A DNA stretch of 63,936 nucleotides, counting the filler, from Octopus bimaculoides (lineage: Eukaryota): the NCBI RefSeq assembly GCF_001194135.2. It is 5 parts of 5 records of this genome, joined end to end, with 100 filler letters (N's around TTAATTAATTAA, not from the genome) between each part and the next. Parts side by side here need not be neighbours in the genome. Positions count along the whole stretch, not along the records: positions 59,309 to 63,936 come from NC_068994.1; 4 more parts are not named here. One strand, given 5' to 3'. A program made the translations under genes and the position numbers. Every line of letters starts with the position of its first letter. The stretch's first letter is position 1. This document shows positions 62,091 to 63,936 of the stretch, in pieces. The notes beneath the pieces are model-generated. The model was not told where the DNA came from. It worked only from the letters and a program-made list of their open reading frames with translations, and did not search any database.

Positions 62091-63194
62091 CATTTTGTCC
62101 TGTTCTTGTGTTTTGCGAAATTTTTTCTGGAGAACATTATTTTTCTTTGTGGTTGGGCCGTTGATGACCTCTTTCTAGCATATTGGATGTTCACCTAGTG
62201 GTCATCCCTTATACACGTGTAATACAATTTTTTCTGAATTTTCAGATTTTTCTATATGCTAAGCCACTTTCTTACTTCAACTACAATTTGGCCAAATGTT
62301 TGGTTCCTTCAACAGCATAGTTCTTTCCACCAATGTCTCTCCCACCCAACTGTTGATACATCACCTCCAATGTTATTTTTCAGTGGTGATGCGTATCTTG
62401 GTCCGCTTTTTCGGAGTATCTCTCAGTTCTTGAAGGGNNNNNNNNNNNNNNNNNNNNNNNNNNNNNNNNNNNNNNNNNNNNNNNNNNNNNNNNNNNNNNN
62501 NNNNNNNNNNNNNNNNNNNNNNNNNNNNNNNNNNNNNNNNNNNNNNNNNNNNNNNNNNNNNNNNNNNNNNNNNNNNNNNNNNNNNNNNNNNNNNNNNNNN
62601 NNNNNNNNNNNNNNNNNNNNNNNNNNNNNNNNNNNNNNNNNNNNNNNNNNNNNNNNNNNNNNNNNNNNNNNNNNNNNNNNNNNNNNNNNNNNNNNNNNNN
62701 NNNNNNNNNNNNNNNNNNNNNNNNNNNNNNNNNNNNNNNNNNNNNNNNNNNNNNNNNNNNNNNNNNNNNNNNNNNNNNNNNNNNNNNNNNNNNNNNNNNN
62801 NNNNNNNNNNNNNNNNNNNNNNNNNNNNNNNNNNNNNNNNNNNNNNNNNNNNNNNNNNNNNNNNNNNNNNNNNNNNNNNNNNNNNNNNNNNNNNNNNNNN
62901 NNNNNNNNNNNNNNNNNNNNNNNNNNNNNNNNNNNNNNNNNNNNNNNNNNNNNNNNNNNNNNNNNNNNNNNNNNNNNNNNNNNNNNNNNNNNNNNNNNNN
63001 NNNNNNNNNNNNNNNNNNNNNNNNNNNNNNNNNNNNNNNNNNNNNNNNNNNNNNNNNNNNNNNNNNNNNNNNNNNNNNNNNNNNNNNNNNNNNNNNNNNN
63101 NNNNNNNNNNNNNNNNNNNNNNNNNNNNNNNNNNNNNNNNNNNNNNNNNNNNNNNNNNNNNNNNACCACCACCACCACCACCACCATTAACTCT

Positions 63195-63430
63195 CAAAGC
63201 ATGAAAGGCAAACTACTGCAAAGCATTTTGTCCCCTCGTGCTAAAGATTCTGCCAGCTCGCCGCCTTAAATGTAGTTCTAATAATCATTTCCACTATAGG
63301 CACAAGACCCCGAAACGATGAAGAGTAAAGTGGATTTCGACAGCATTTGAACTCAGAACGTAAAGACGGACGAAATTCTGCTAAGCATTTCGTCCGGCGT
63401 GCCAACGATTCTGCCAGCTCGCCACCTTAA
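63195..63430 (-). mobile_element. Two family M SINE pieces in tandem
   Basis: GATTCTGCCAGCTCGCCGCCTTAA at ~63246 and GATTCTGCCAGCTCGCCACCTTAA at ~63408. Confidence 0.78.
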
Positions 63431-63717
63431 ATCCAGTTCTAATAATGCATTATAAACTTTGCTCGTTTTATCATTGGAACTGCAGGTTATGCCCCCAGCT
63501 CAGTCAGATCAAAGTATTGTGAAGTTAGAATACAGAGGAAAGAATGTAACTCTATAATTTATTGGGTACAGATGGTCACCGTATCTGGGGCAATAAAGAC
63601 CCGAAAATTTAAAGGGTGAATTGGCTGAAATAAACGAGACAGTTGATCATGATTTATGATGTCCTTCTTGCTGCTTTTGCTGTTTTTTGGTGTTGTTGTG
63701 GTTGTTGTTGTTGTTGC

Positions 63718-63788
<71 letters not shown>

Positions 63789-63936
63789 GTTTGTTTTTAC
63801 AACCTCGCCATCACGCAGGCGGTTTAGTTAAAACAAACATTGAAAAATGGAATCTGGAAGAGGGACGAACGAATACATCACCACACGTTACACTACAGTC
63901 GCACGAACACGTACACGCACTCTCGCTCTCGTATCT

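Noticed and set aside
24428-63269. Numerous 150-390-aa ORFs containing X
   Set aside because: They read through N gaps flanked by dinucleotide repeats; no coding evidence.
1-63936. CRISPR arrays, operons, rRNA or prokaryotic defence systems
   Set aside because: None seen; the DNA is eukaryotic, and regularly recurring motifs are SINE cores or microsatellites.

Overview
AT-rich, gap-ridden eukaryotic genomic DNA. The repeat landscape points to a coleoid cephalopod, most likely Octopus (inference): tRNA-head SINE families, RTE and RLE-type LINE tails, mariner/hAT/pogo relics and very dense (AAT)n, (CATA)n, (GAT)n, (TA)n and (TG)n microsatellites. Nearly all ORFs in the supplied track are microsatellite or N-run artefacts. 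The real content appears to be: (1) small exons of an unidentified multi-exon host gene on the minus strand (~2.9-23.4 kb), found from splice signals and phase, inside a CpG-depleted domain that ends near a GTCACGTGAC motif at 23.4 kb; (2) a decayed full-length mariner, mariner/hAT/piggyBac-type MITEs and a pogo/Tigger remnant; (3) two families of RLE-endonuclease non-LTR retrotransposon 3' ends, one embedded in (AAT)n and the other in (CATA)n; (4) many SINEs. The highlight is three unrelated short repeat families at 43-60 kb that each carry a minimal hammerhead-ribozyme fold (47602-47689 +; 60068-60115 -; 58229-58265 + with a decayed copy at ~43385). Two of them have inverted copies of their own tails, reminiscent of Penelope-like elements, and one is fused to a tRNA-derived Pol III head. 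All calls were made by eye, without database searches or folding software.
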